Part shown: positions 12,479-25,546 of the stretch, piece after piece | Layout of the letters: each line of letters opens with the position of its first letter | How positions within the stretch are numbered: position 1 is the stretch's first letter | DNA from: Glaucostegus cemiculus | Taxonomy: Eukaryota | Length of the DNA stretch: 64,000 nucleotides | Assembly: GCA_976551045.1 (NCBI GenBank) | Contig: CDPCPM010000213.1 | Coordinates: forward strand, 5,580,001 to 5,644,000 | Direction: 5' to 3' | Notes under the pieces: model-generated | Database searches by the model: none | Seen by the model: only the letters and a program-made list of their open reading frames with translations | What the model was told of the DNA's origin: nothing | Translations under genes and position numbers: made by a program

Positions 12479-15400
12479 ACTCAACATTCCACTGGGACTT
12501 GTTTTACTTGCCTTATTTTGGAAAAAGAACTGATTGTGCCATGAAACATATTGACAAGAGCAGTTGTGACTTAGTGTGAACAGTTGTGAATAGTTTAAAC
12601 TGTGACTTGAACCCCAGTATTTACATCAATACCTCATTAAGTCATAAAAGTCGCAATAAATAATTAAATATTCATACTTAAACATGAAGTTGCAGTTTAT
12701 TGGGAGTGCCATTTTTGGCAGTGTTTATTTCCATCCTAGTTATAATAAAGAGCCTAGTAACCCAAAGTTACACCTGCATTTCCTTGAGGACAAAGGCATT
12801 CTCGCTATATAAAAAAAGATGCTCGGATAGTTCGCCGATTTACATTCTAGTCCACTTCCTGGATCGTGCTTAGGTACAAACACAGCGGGAGCCGAAAAAT
12901 ACAGCAAAAAAGTATAGCTAAATGAAAAATATAAGAACTCCGCAAAAAGCCAGCATGTGGATAGTAAATAGTTAAAAGTACACCCATCTCCTGCTATTAA
13001 AGGCAGTTTGGTTTGAGGGCTGCGTGCAAAAGCTCTATAGGCGACAGCGAGGCAGACATTCTGGAGACACTGAGTTGTGTGGAGCAGGATTTTATTAGGC
13101 ACGACTGCCAGAAAAAAAACTGCTCCATCGCCTGGGGTTAATATCGTGCTAGAACTCACATACCAGCAAGTGCATCAAAGCTGTTGCAATTGCCAGGCTG
13201 ACTGCAACAGGAGCTGCCTGATTTAACCCCATTCTTACCAAACTCAGTCTCCAAATATCATACCGATCCGCATTTACAAGGCAGGGGACCTGTACACCGT
13301 TTGACAGAAGTGGGGCTGGAGTGGAGGGGGAGGGAGTGACGGGAGAGCAGAGGAATGGATTGTAATTTGATCCAAATGAGAAAAGTTTTCGAGCTTTCCT
13401 GCCCCCGCCCTGTTAGATCTAATGCATCAGATGAATGTTTAGGATGGGAATCCATTTTCATTTTCCTCAGGTAATAAATGAAGTTTAGAGATCCAAAATA
13501 ATTAATTCAGAATCCATTCAGACTTTGAGATTTAGCAGCATTAACTGCGAACACATTTACACTTCGGACATGACAGCTTTTACATAATTGTGATACTTCA
13601 TCGTTCAGACTCACATAAAAATCTAGAAATATAATTCATAACCAGAACAATGAATATAGCCACTTTAATCAACAAGACGTTATATATATTAAAATGTAAA
13701 GACGTGCCCAATACAAGCTTTCACTGTTGTATTTACACACTCCCATCTGTGTATAAACAGATCCGCGGGTGGTCCATTTTATAAGCTTTCTGGATATGTT
13801 TGTACTGGTTTGCACATCTATGCATATAGGTGAGTTGGTAACAATTCCCTCCTCGGATTGTGAGTACGCGTGAAGCTTCTCCAGCGTTCAAGAACACAAG
13901 CGCGGCGCCCTAACAACTGATCGCAGTATAAATCCTCACGTTTTACATCAACGGGGAAGTTTGTGAGTCAGTTATGTTTCTCCACTTGTGTACATCGTGG
14001 TGCTAGCGATAAATAAGTCTGCGTAACAGACATGCTACATTAGGAAATACCGTAGGTGGTAATTAAAATGACATAACGGAATCCTAACAACAGTCTCTTC
14101 ATTGCAGTTGAAAGGAATTTGTATGTCTATAGCAAAGGATACGCCGCAGCCTAGAATCATGAGAACGGGATAAAAAGAACTAAAGCCCACAAGGAATGAG
14201 AGGCCGAGAACTTTTAGAAGTGCAGTGCTCTGCAGGATGCTTGTGAGGTGTCACATATATATATATATATATAAATTTAAAAAAAACTAAGATTGATTTC
14301 CATGTTAGCAGAGGATGTGGTCAGTCTCTGTAATGATAATTTTAATAACTCCAATAACTCAAATTAATCTAAAAGGAATAATTGAAAAAATAATGTGCAA
14401 CTCGATGAATAGTTTTGGGTACAATGGATAGTGACACCTGCACACAATCATTTGGAAAGAAGAGCTCCTGGATATATGTCTAAATAATTAAATTATATCC
14501 CAGATAACAAACAAGAGCGGTGATTTCATAGAAACCTTAAAATATAAATTAAAAGCGGCAGTTAAAACTGACTTACCATTTATCCGTCATTATTAAACAT
14601 GCAGACATGATGTTTGCATTGTTTCACTTACATTATCTGTTAGTATATCGTTCCACTATGCCAGCAACTACACTGTAGGCTTAGTAATGGGTGATTTACA
14701 AATAACTTTCCCATTTGTACATAGATGTTCCTCTAAGATATAGAATACATGCGTCGGAATGGTTAAAATTAAAGGCAAAAATGTTATGATCGTATTGTAT
14801 CAATGTCTAATGGACGGGTTCCACTAAAAAAATTGTGTGTGTGTGTATATTAAGTAATATTTATTGCAGTGTGGATTTAATATGCGGGAAACGGGCGAAC
14901 GACGCATTGTGGTTGGTTGGTGATACAATCATTCGATTTGTCCTAACCATGAATACAAGTATCATATTAGGAAGACTGCAGTGTTAACAAATGTCCAATG
15001 TTGTGTCAAATGCATTGTAGTCGCCACAGCAATAGTCGTACAATAGGCTTCCAATAATCATAAAAGGAGCCATACTTCTGCAAAAGGTACACGTGAAAAT
15101 GTTAAACATCTTGAGTTTTTGTTGTAAGAAATCAGTAGAACAAAGGCATCAGAAGCCTCCCATTATAATCCCTTATACTTCCTCCGAAATATAATCACCC
15201 AAAATTAACCTAAAAGACAGGCATAGCGGCAAAGATGTGCAGAGCTTGGCATTCATTCTCACTTAATGGTGTGTGAATTAGTCTGAAGAAAAGCGGCGGC
15301 GTTGAGCAGGTGTACAGTATATCTCTACCAAATCGCGAAAAGGCCGTTGTTTTATTAATTCAGTTCAATTTTTCGAAAAAAAAACTATCGTGATCGTTAT

Positions 15401-16180
15401 TGTCATAGCAGACTCGGCGACAAAATTTGCACCTATAATTGATGTTTGCGGTACAAGGAAGAGATTATATTTCTGAATTTAAGCTTCATCTAGTTTTGTC
15501 TGCACAGGTGAACACAACCTACACACTTTTATTAGGTATTTTCCGGTGGAATTACTTTACTTTCTTTTTTAAGTATTTGTACTTTCCATTTTGCAGTTGA
15601 AAGGAATTATAAGGAATAAACAATTCCAAACCCAATATTCGGAACAGTTATAACAGATATGTTGAACTTTAGAAATATTGAAAAAACACTGGTTCCAATT
15701 ATACACTGGAACGGGTATGTAAATATATAGTACTTGATAGTGCATTGAGGTTTAACATAATTATACACGGTGTTTAATGGCTGGAACCAATAGCAATGTG
15801 TACGAAATGAAAAAAAAGTTTAAAAAATCGAAGCCAGCTTTCCGAATGCTGGAATATATTACGTGACACAGGTAGAGGGAGCAGTGGACTGCAATCATTT
15901 AAGATGGTAGAGATAATGCTGTTTTTAACTGAGGACTCTTCGCAATACAAAGAACAGCTCGTAAAGACTTACGCTAAAACCATGTTTTTAAAACAGCCCG
16001 CCCATTAAGAGATTGAAAGTGAAAGTGTTGTGCAGGGTAGGGGGAAGTGGCGAAGGGCAAGAGGTGAAGATGGTGGTGGGAGGTGGGGGTTAGTTGGTGG
16101 TGAGGTAGGGGTTATAATTAGAAATTGGTTAAAGCTCCAGTTTCATTGTTCACGAGCCTTCGTGTCTTCAGATGGTGTGT

Positions 16181-16183
<3 letters not shown>

Positions 16184-16230
<47 letters not shown>
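16184..16230. repeat. (CA)n microsatellite
   Basis: Uninterrupted CA run of about 23 units. Confidence 0.95.
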
Positions 16231-16234
<4 letters not shown>

Positions 16235-16879
16235 AAATGAATCTTCGCACCACGGGATGTGAAAGGGAACGAGCAGTGTATCGAATTTCGGTGCATATGT
16301 TAAACACGAAATACATGGCACATCACAGCGCGATGAAATCATGACATGGCATTTAGAATGTAGGAATTATCCTCAATACAATCTTTCAAGTGCAACCCAT
16401 TGCAGACTGATAGACATGTGTTGCATTCAACTATATCCATAAAACAAGGATGGGTCTTCTCGTAGTCCCACATCGTGCCTTAAAGAAAACAAAACACTCA
16501 GCATCTGGTACATTATGGCAGGAAACTGTGCAAACCAGCCCGCCGCTGCCCGTGCGCGGTTAAAACGGATGCCCTTCCAGTAATTCTTGTCAGATGAAAT
16601 GCTGTACCATTCGAGCAGGGAGCTGCAACTTCACTTTCACTCGGTTCAAACCGAAAACGAGCCCGAAGCAGGGGATGCGGATTATAATTTTATTCACGAC
16701 ATTTAAAGACCCTGACCGTTAGACATCAAAGCGAACAGCAGAACTTCATTTACATTTTAGGAGCCCAATCTGACCTCAAAAACATTTTTTAACGATTACA
16801 ATGGAAAGTATTTCAAGTATGTCCATGGCAATTCCCTCACCTCACCTTAAAGGGCCACTTTCCCAACCTCTCTCCATGT

Positions 16880-17490
16880 ATACAGAGAAATAAAAGACAA
16901 AATAAAACGCAACTGATCTCGACTGCTCGCTCTGGACATGCGGCATCCTTTCCGGGATTTACTGGAGAATATGTCCCAGAGGCTCATAATCATAAAAAAA
17001 ATAATCCGAACTGTAATTATATCAGTACGATTTGTATTCATCAAACAGCCCCAAGTTCGTCAAAGAGAAGAGTAAATAATGAATTCAGTACTCTGGAGTT
17101 CCTAAACCTTTCCAGTAATTATGCTGTTTGGAAGACTATACGTAGGCTGTCCAGATTGGACTGCTATTATTATAATCTCAAGCTTTAAAATTACCTATAA
17201 TTTGCAAAGATGAGCAATTTCTCTATTCAACACATTTTATCCCATCTCTCGATGAGTAAACATGGCCAGTAATAAAGGCTAATTGAGCTGAGAATATAAA
17301 GAGGACGCTGATAGCAGAATTAATTCACACTTGGAGCTTTAACCAGAGCTAGCTGCACCGCCGCTGTTAGCTCCATTCCCTACACTTTTACTGAATGTAT
17401 TTCAGGGAGAGGGGGGGAAGCTGACAAATTGTCATTCTGTCCAGGCTTCAAAATAATTTCTGTGTAAATACCAGCCATAGCAGGTAAGCC
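16880..17490. promoter_or_regulatory. Intergenic conserved non-coding element candidate (I12a/I37-type position)
   Basis: Non-repetitive block dense in TAAT/ATTA motifs, including AAAATTACCTATAATTT at 17187-17203, located mid-intergenic. Confidence 0.5.
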
Positions 17491-18764
17491 AAACCCTTCG
17501 CTTATCCTTCTCGTATGCTCTGAAACAGATATTTTCTCGACTAGAGTTAAGAGATATAATTATCCTATGTATTCAGTGCATTGGTTAATGAGAGGGAGAA
17601 ACGCGGGGATGTCCAGCAATATTGCAAATCAACATGTTAAGTTTCAGTTTGTGAGTAGACTGTGTGTTCTGCTCACCCCTGTGGTAGTATGTGGTATGTT
17701 TTTCTTTGCCTCGAAGGCATTCTTAACGTTTGGCAACCTGATTCGGCTTGTGATCTTTGTTAATCCCACAACTTTTCTGCATCGATGGTCGATCCGTTAG
17801 GGCGCGCCTGGGATAGTTTTCTGAAAACTACGGACAGGAATACGGACTAATTGTTCAAATCCCATAACCGCAGTCCGCTGGGGTCAATGGAGGGGGGTGG
17901 GGGGGGGTCTAATGAGCTGCCTTGATTAGATCATTCAAAATGCATGTATTTTTAAAAAGAAAGGTCTACACCCAGTTATGATTTCCTGGTGTACTCTGTT
18001 CCCCTCATACCCCCAAAGGTATACCGAGTACATTGCATTATTTGTCCCCTCTTATCAGGCAGGTTTGTTGATACATTATTTGCTGATTATTCAAGTGCAT
18101 GAAAATTACTTACAGGCCTGATGCTGTAAATGCGGAGACTGAACTGAACTCAATAGGCAGGTCATCTGAAAATATGCTAACGTTTAAGAGGGGAACTCTT
18201 AAGGCTAAAGTATTTTGAGATCAAATGTGTCATAATAGAAGGTATTTCAGGTGGCATTTTAAACACAACGGTGTAAAGAGATCTATCTTTAAAATAAAAC
18301 TGGTTCGAAACTAGACAGGAATGGTTAAGGAACAAATTTCTCTTGGGATCACCGCTCGCTTTCTTTCTCAACAATCGTTTCAGATCTACTGGCACCATTC
18401 TTTCTTTCTGCCATTTACTGGGGGTGAGAGGGTGAGGGACAGATCGGAGAGGGTTGGAGGCGGAAGGCCACAGGGAAGAGGCGTCTTGTATTTTTTTTCT
18501 CCAAAAGAAAACGTTATGGAATGTGAGGAGTTAACATTTCATTGCAATATTCAGCCGTTTTCTATTCAGTTCTCGACACTAGGTTGTCTGTAGGTACAGT
18601 AGCTGCCTATTACCAGGAAACAGACAAATGTATATTCCGTTCAGTAATACATATAGAATGTTACTGCCACAGCATAAATACCTTTCTAATGCAGATTTCT
18701 TGGTTTGCTCTCTATATCGATCCAAAGCATGTTTCTTTTCCTTTTATCAGTATTTTGTTGATTA

Positions 18765-18980
18765 CAATATACACCTGCAAGTAATTTAGGTAATAACAAC
18801 TCAAATCTGTGCAACAAAACTGCAGCCGGAGCATCTGCCTGATTTCGCGTTTTTTTTCCACTCGGAATTGTTACATATTAAGCAGCGCATTTAGGCGACC
18901 GAAAATTGCCGGTAATTATCTTGATGGAAAGCGCTTTATTCAGGGAGCTACAGTCAAAATTGCTCTAATTACAGCCCCTT
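18765..18980 (+). promoter_or_regulatory. Intergenic enhancer candidate, I56i/I12b-like
   Basis: GAAAATTGCCGGTAATTATCTTGATGG...GCTACAGTCAAAATTGCTCTAATTA (18901-18971) has two paired AATT/TAATTA homeodomain modules. An upstream E-box lies in ATACACCTGCAAGTAATTT (18769-18787). Both resemble Dlx forebrain enhancers as I recall them. Confidence 0.7.
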
Positions 18981-21900
18981 TCACACAAGCATAAAAAAAT
19001 CTTAAAATAGCAGAGAAGTGGGCTTTGCACACGGTTTCCAGAGCAGATGTTACGGGGGGAGGCTTGACATGGGAGCTTTTATGCATTAAAATCTGTAAAT
19101 ACCACTATCTTGTCTTGTAGACTGACTTTGACAAAAAATTGGGAGAGCTAACGTGGATTTCAATACGTGTTGTAGTTTGCGAGGCATGACAGGTAGAGAT
19201 CAGAGACACGTGGTAAGTAATACGTTTCTTAATTGGGAATGTTAGACACAGGTGTATCTGTCAGACCTTTGAACAAGGAATATAGATTTATCCGCTTTCA
19301 GGTTTTTTAAAAACACGTCGACCATATTGTTCCATGCCTAAAGGCTTAAAGGCCGTTAGTTCCGACTGACAATCAGTATATATTATTACTTAATCAATCA
19401 CTTTTGGCACAGCGGATTTATGTTTACTTGGCTAACCACAGGCTTACTGTAGTGGATTCTTAGTATTCATTAATATTCAGTAAAAAAAGCATGTAAAAAT
19501 GATGACATATGTTTAGTGGCATGTGGTGGTGGTGGGGCGGGGGGAGTGTTTAAAACGTGCTGTTTCTCATTGATAGTTTATATAGAACACAACGTGTACA
19601 CCCTTAATATTGACCTTCAAATAGCAGAATTCATACAGAATGCTGAACAAAATAACTTTCACCATCTGGGCGTGCATAAGGAAAGATTGAATTTGGACTA
19701 AAAGGCAAAAGGAATATTGATTTCAAAAATGGAATTAATTATACACTTTGGGTCGTCATGATGTGGAACTGTTCGCTGGTGACAAAATCGATTGGCAAAG
19801 TGGGTAGGGTAAAGTACATCAGCCGGAAGTTTAAACAGACAATACACGCACTGAACATTGGAAAGACAGGTTATTACCTGCAATTATTCTATGTGTGACA
19901 AGTACTAACTTCCATTTTTTTTCTCAATTACATTTTAGGGTCTTAAGATGGCATGCGTCACTTTAACGCTTGTTCTTAAATAGAAAATATACCACAATAA
20001 ACATGCCCCAGCGCCCACCCCACCTCACACACGCCGCCAAAAAAAAAATGTTTCTTTGAATTTTTATTTAGTAAGCTGCATCGGCTTCAAGTAATGTCGT
20101 CAGTTTTTGCTTCATCAAAAAAATAGAAATGCAACAATCAAGAGAAATTTGCCATCCAACAATTGTTCTAACTGAACTAACGCTCCCGCAACATCAGTGT
20201 AAAACCAGGTCAAGGGGGCTTGGCCCTCGGTTACCACACTCCAAACAACAGCTGAATTTTAAAAGTCCAAGGCCTTTTTAATCAGAAAGACAAATAACAA
20301 CATTTCCAGAAATGCACCAATTCTTCTCGGCAAATTAATATGTGGTCATGCAAAAATAAAATCACGTTTCCTCCACTTTTTAACGTGACCGCAGACATTT
20401 TATATAATTTTAAAAATCTAGTAAGCTTCACGTCTATGTTTGACCTCGGGGAAACGTAAGTAAGAAATGGTGTAGGGATGTAGAATGAATGGAATAGTTT
20501 GATCAATTACATGCAATCATCCTGCCTTTCCTTTACACATAATTACAGTTAAGTCCACAGTAAGTCGGCATTGCTTTTTTTTCTTTAAAAAAATGCGAAC
20601 ACGCTCCTGCTTCTATTATCCTGAGAAACGTACTATTAAATCGAGTAGCCACGTTTATCCGAACCGGGTGTATATAGGATGCTTTGAACGCGTATCACTG
20701 ATTTACTTAGAATAATGACATAATACATATGCACTATTTACAACTAATTTAACAATATATACACACACGTACTGTGTTCTACCGTTCTGTTCTCCAAGAC
20801 ATCGTTTGCCTTCATATTGCTTGGATGAGCTAAACATATCCCTTTTATTTCCCTACATAGGCTGTATTTCAAATGGGAGCCACCTCCAGCTGGTTGTTTC
20901 ATTTCCGATAACACATCACATTTCATCATTAATTATATAGTTTATTGTAGGGGGGTATGGGGTGGGGTGGTTCTGGAGGGAAGAAGCAGGAATAGTGGTT
21001 GAGTGGGCATACCTTCTTTACAGTCATTGGATTGGTTTGACCCAAAGTAGGCCTTCTGCCTTCAGTTATTTTAAACAGTTGCGGTCTTGATTAGCGATCA
21101 TTTAAACTTAAACATAACAGATTACAATGGATGAAACTACTGTGCGGAGTAATGGTACGACCTACTCGTGCTAGTTGAGCTGTTAATAGACTAACATCGG
21201 GAAGGGTATTTTAAAGTTTCCTTCCATCTCTGAGAAAGTTCTAAAACATAGGCCAAATATGAAAGTGCAGACAATTGTTTTTTTTTTAATGCTGAAAACA
21301 GTGGAAATGCGCTATATTTCCCTGGCATCTGTAAACAGACAGCTAAATGTTTGACTTAATGACTTCATTTTTCCTCAGAATTTTAAGGAATTTTTTTGGA
21401 TCGAGGATCAAAGCCCAAAACTTTGGTCTGTCTTTTCCTCTTTGTAGATGCTGGGAAAATAGCTTCGTATTTCCAACAATTATTTCCAACTGTACACATC
21501 TTGGCAACTGTATGTGTTTGAATGTATCATATTCATTTCACCCTGACATAAAACTGTTGCATAAAAAGGACCCCTGAAAATTCCAGTATGATACTTTGCA
21601 ACTAAACAGGTGTTTGCTGTTTTATCTCAAACCACATAATGCTTCAAAGTGGAGTTATGATCATTAAATAAAACATAGTTGAAATGGCCTTTCTCCTCAG
21701 CAGAGATTGGGGCCTGTCTGTGAACACTCTGAAATACAGCCTTTGCATTTTAACCAGCTAAGAAGGATCTGCATCTTGAAGTAAAAGTGTGTTTTTTAAA
21801 CAACATTAAAATTGAGCTTAATAGAAGAGCTATAAAATCAGTCCATTTTTTTTTTTGCAATTCACAACGTAGATTATAGATGTATCAAACTTCTCCAATA

Positions 21901-22124
21901 GAATTCCAAACATCTTACAAGGATTGCATTGCACTCATTAGAGGAGCTTGACTCTATATACTCATTGCATTTCTAGAACAAACCTGTTTGGACATGACTG
22001 AAAGCACATAGCCTTTGCTATCCCAAATCAGTCATCTTTTCTGGTCCATAAGACTACCTCAAATCATGTAACATCTTTGTTTAAATGATAGAAAGTCTGT
22101 GGGATAGATTGTACTCCTGGTCAA

Positions 22125-22376
22125 TCACATCATCTGGGGTCTTGGCATGGTGTCCTGGTGGGGTGGTGGGTACCATGACCCAAAACTGTTAATGTAGCTG
22201 TTTGGTGGCATAGTGGCACCTTTGTTTGCCATGGCAACGTCCCAGACTGGTGGGATATTAGGTGAACATGGAGACAAAGCAGCAGAGGTGGGCAGATGGT
22301 CACCTTCTTGCACACTGGAGCCGTGTTTCATCAGCTTCTTGTACTTGGAGCGCTTGTTCTGAAACCAGATTTTCAC
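22125..22376 (-). CDS. dlx4: Dlx4 coding exon 3
   Basis: Acceptor ttttgtttcag. Translates as [20 protein letters not shown]...[17 protein letters not shown] (Y rather than F) and convergent linkage to Dlx3 identify it as Dlx4 rather than Dlx6. The spliced CDS is 747 nt, in frame. Confidence 0.93.
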   Translation of the reverse strand: MKIWFQNKRSKYKKLMKHGSSVQEGDHLPTSAALSPCSPNIPPVWDVAMANKGATMPPNSYINSFGSWYPPPHQDTMPRPQMM

Positions 22377-25352
22377 CTGAAACAAAATAAGAGTATAGGC
22401 ATCATATTTTCTTCACTGTTTAAGTTCAAGTCGATACTCAGATCACTTGATCCAAATTGGTATACAGAATACACTGAGGGATTATTCATGGGTCTAAATT
22501 CATAAGTGATCCAATGAAAAAGGCCAATATTTCAACATATTTGAAATTACTTTGTAAAAGAATACGACATCCGCATTTCTAATGTGGATGAAGGACTGGT
22601 GTGGAATATAGAGAGGATTTCAACATATTGTAACCCTTTTCCAACAGTCTTGTCAAACCAATGATGCTTGAATATTCAAGCGGATCTACAAAGCGGCCCA
22701 TCAGCAAATAATTGCAGCAATCACATTTTGAACCTTCGAGAGGAAAATGAAACACGTTGCATATAAAGGAATTAAAGACTTTAAGTGTTGATATGAACAT
22801 ACAAGGAGAGGACACATAACACTGACGGCTTTAATTCGGGTCCATGTTCGCTAACCTACATGAGAAGCAGACTCCTTAGGAAAACAACAAGGAGTTTGAT
22901 ATAAATTGTCATATGCTCGTCAGTAGAAGCAAAAAAAACTATTTATTTTTCCAATAGCCTACAGACTTAGTGATCTTAACCAAACCGTAATTCCCTATTA
23001 AAATAAAAGTGTGGATAGTTTCGTATAGGTGATATTTCGTATAAAAGGTGACATTATTTTTAGAAAGCTCTGTTTTGCCCCCGAATTGATAAGGTCTAGC
23101 CTGAAATTAAGGTTACCTTTGTAGCCAAAGAGACCAGTAATAAATGGGAGATATAGTAAAAATAGCCAGTTATTTTGCAATCAGAATTGAAAATATTTCC
23201 CTTCCTCATCTGTAATAAAGACCTTTACAATGTGTGTTTTGAGGCGAGTTTAAACTCACCTCCTATGTTTTAGATTGAAATATAATGCTAAAATGGATTG
23301 TGTCATTCACTCCCGGATCCCATATACATATGAAAAATATGGAACGCTCAGGTAGATTGTATAACTTATCTCCGAATTATCTCCGAAAGAAACAAGAAGA
23401 AACCCAGTGAAATGCACTAGATATTGAAATAGCATCACACATTCAGAAATTTTCACTCAGTATATGCCAGCAGTACAGTTTTAGATTGTTTTTTGCCGGT
23501 GTGTTGAAGGGCCTCGGTCGTGGAGAACTCACTTATTCCCTGTGAGAACTCTATGTTTGTAAATGATCTGTGAGATTAGACGTGAGCTTTCAAACCCGTT
23601 TCTCTCTGAAGCATGTTCCTCATTTGTCCTTTATGTATGTCTGCATAAAGTTTATTTTATATTTAAGCGTATTAATCAACCTCAACATTTCTTTCTGATG
23701 GAGAAGCAGTGAATACTTCTGGTTCGCACACAATGCCAATGTCAACGTGCGTTCGGTTGCACAACATTCCCAATATATTTGAGCATATCGGTTGAAACGC
23801 GAACGGTTGTTGGGATTTGATAGATTACAGTGTCTTTTATTAGTATTTGTATAGTGTAACTATTGTTTTCAATAAAGTTTTCTGTTGACGTTCTAAAGAC
23901 TCCGAAATTAGTTAGAAAATGTAATATTTAAGACAAATATGTCCTTATTTATATAATGGTTCAACAACTTTAATTGGGATTAATAGGCACATTTTAATTA
24001 AACAGAAAGGTGTTACGGTACTAAATTATGATCAATTCTAAATGTATCTTTTTAAATTAATTTTCGAATCGGGACACTTTTTCCTCGGAAAGAGCATCAA
24101 ACTTCCTTTGTAGAGGTTTCCATTTTTAGAAACAGGCGCTTTGGATCTTTTCTTGAGTAACACGTATTCAGGGTGATTATTAACATTCACACGAACTTGA
24201 AATCCTAGTATGGTCAACTTACTTTTATTGTGCGGATTTCGGGGAACCCTTTTCAAAAGAAAATGCCAAAAAGAGTAGATCATAAAAAGGAAGAAAACCT
24301 CGTGTAGTTTGAGCTGCGCAAGTGGGCAGCAAGTTATACTTCTTACTGTTCTCTCAGAATACTGAATTAATACGACCATAAAATAATTCAATAACATGAA
24401 AATAGACAAATGCATAAAATTTTGGCCATTGCTCAGATATTGCTGGTACTTGAATTACATTTTTTGAGAGCTTGCAGAACTTGCAAACGGGTAAAACGTG
24501 CTTGACGATAATGGATTGCCTGACTCTGCAGCGTTGAAAAGTGCTTTCTACTGTGTGATCCAGCTACCTGTGACCTCCAGGCGGGTTTGCTTCATGGACT
24601 GCACTACGAGAAGTTCTGAAATATTGGAGGGTTTATTTTTCATTACCAGCGGCCACTTTGAATTTAGTATATTTGGCGATTTAAAATTGCGGACATTGAA
24701 AGGAAATGGCTAAGTTAATGTGTCCCTACTTGGGAAATGAAAAGGCATTGTTCTCATCGTCAAGTGAGTGTTTCATGCAACATGGTTGTACTACTATTTT
24801 GTTTTAAACAATTAATTTATAAGATTAAAACATAAGGAATTACCGATTTATTTGGCCCCTTAATTCCTGTATTTTAACGGATTAGTAGTGGCAGATCAAA
24901 TAAAAAGATGCCATAAGGAAACGGCAAGAAGTGGCGCCACGCGAAATCATATAATTGGCCTCTGCCATTTTGTTGGACAGTGGTAGGATGCTTTGGTAAA
25001 CACATTCAACTTGCATCTGTAAAGACACACTGAGATTTAAATAACCCGAGAAGGGAGATTCTGTTTGCATTGGTGTGATCACACACGAATACCAAGGGTC
25101 CCACGCCTGTTGCTGGAAGTTCTAAGTCATTGTTTATGGTGATAGTTTTACAAATCCAATGCCTTTTAGTAAAGTGCCCAGTTCAACGACACCAAGGTGT
25201 TGAAGTTTAAAAATGAGAACTGACCTGGGTACATATGGATACGTTTTCAATCGCGCGTGTGCGCTTTCTTACAAGAACAAAGAGATTGCGTTTTTTTTAC
25301 GTGGACCCCCATACTTTCAAGAGGGCAGAATTTGTTCTGGCCGGCACCCTAC

Positions 25353-25546
25353 CTGTGTCTGGGTGAGTCCGAGAGAGGCTGCCAATTCTGCTCTCTCTGG
25401 TAAAGCCAAATACTGCGTCTGCTGGAAGCGGTGGTTCAGAGCTTGCAGCTGTAAGCTCGAATAAATGGTCCGCGGTTTTCGGATCTTTTTCCCTTTCCCG
25501 TTCAATCGGATTTCTCCATTTTCGATTACAGTCGACTTCTCGTGTT
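25353..25546 (-). CDS. dlx4: Dlx4 coding exon 2 (homeodomain N-terminal part)
   Basis: Translates as (E)[64 protein letters not shown]. Acceptor ttccttccaag; donor CAG|GTAGGG, phase 0. Confidence 0.94.

Noticed and set aside
16035-16110. G-rich tracts with G-quadruplex potential (also 6631-6642, 17889-17908, 20949-20970)
   Set aside because: Common low-complexity runs with no supporting context.
16030-16344. His/Thr-repeat ORFs (also 60293-60532)
   Set aside because: Translations of CA microsatellites.
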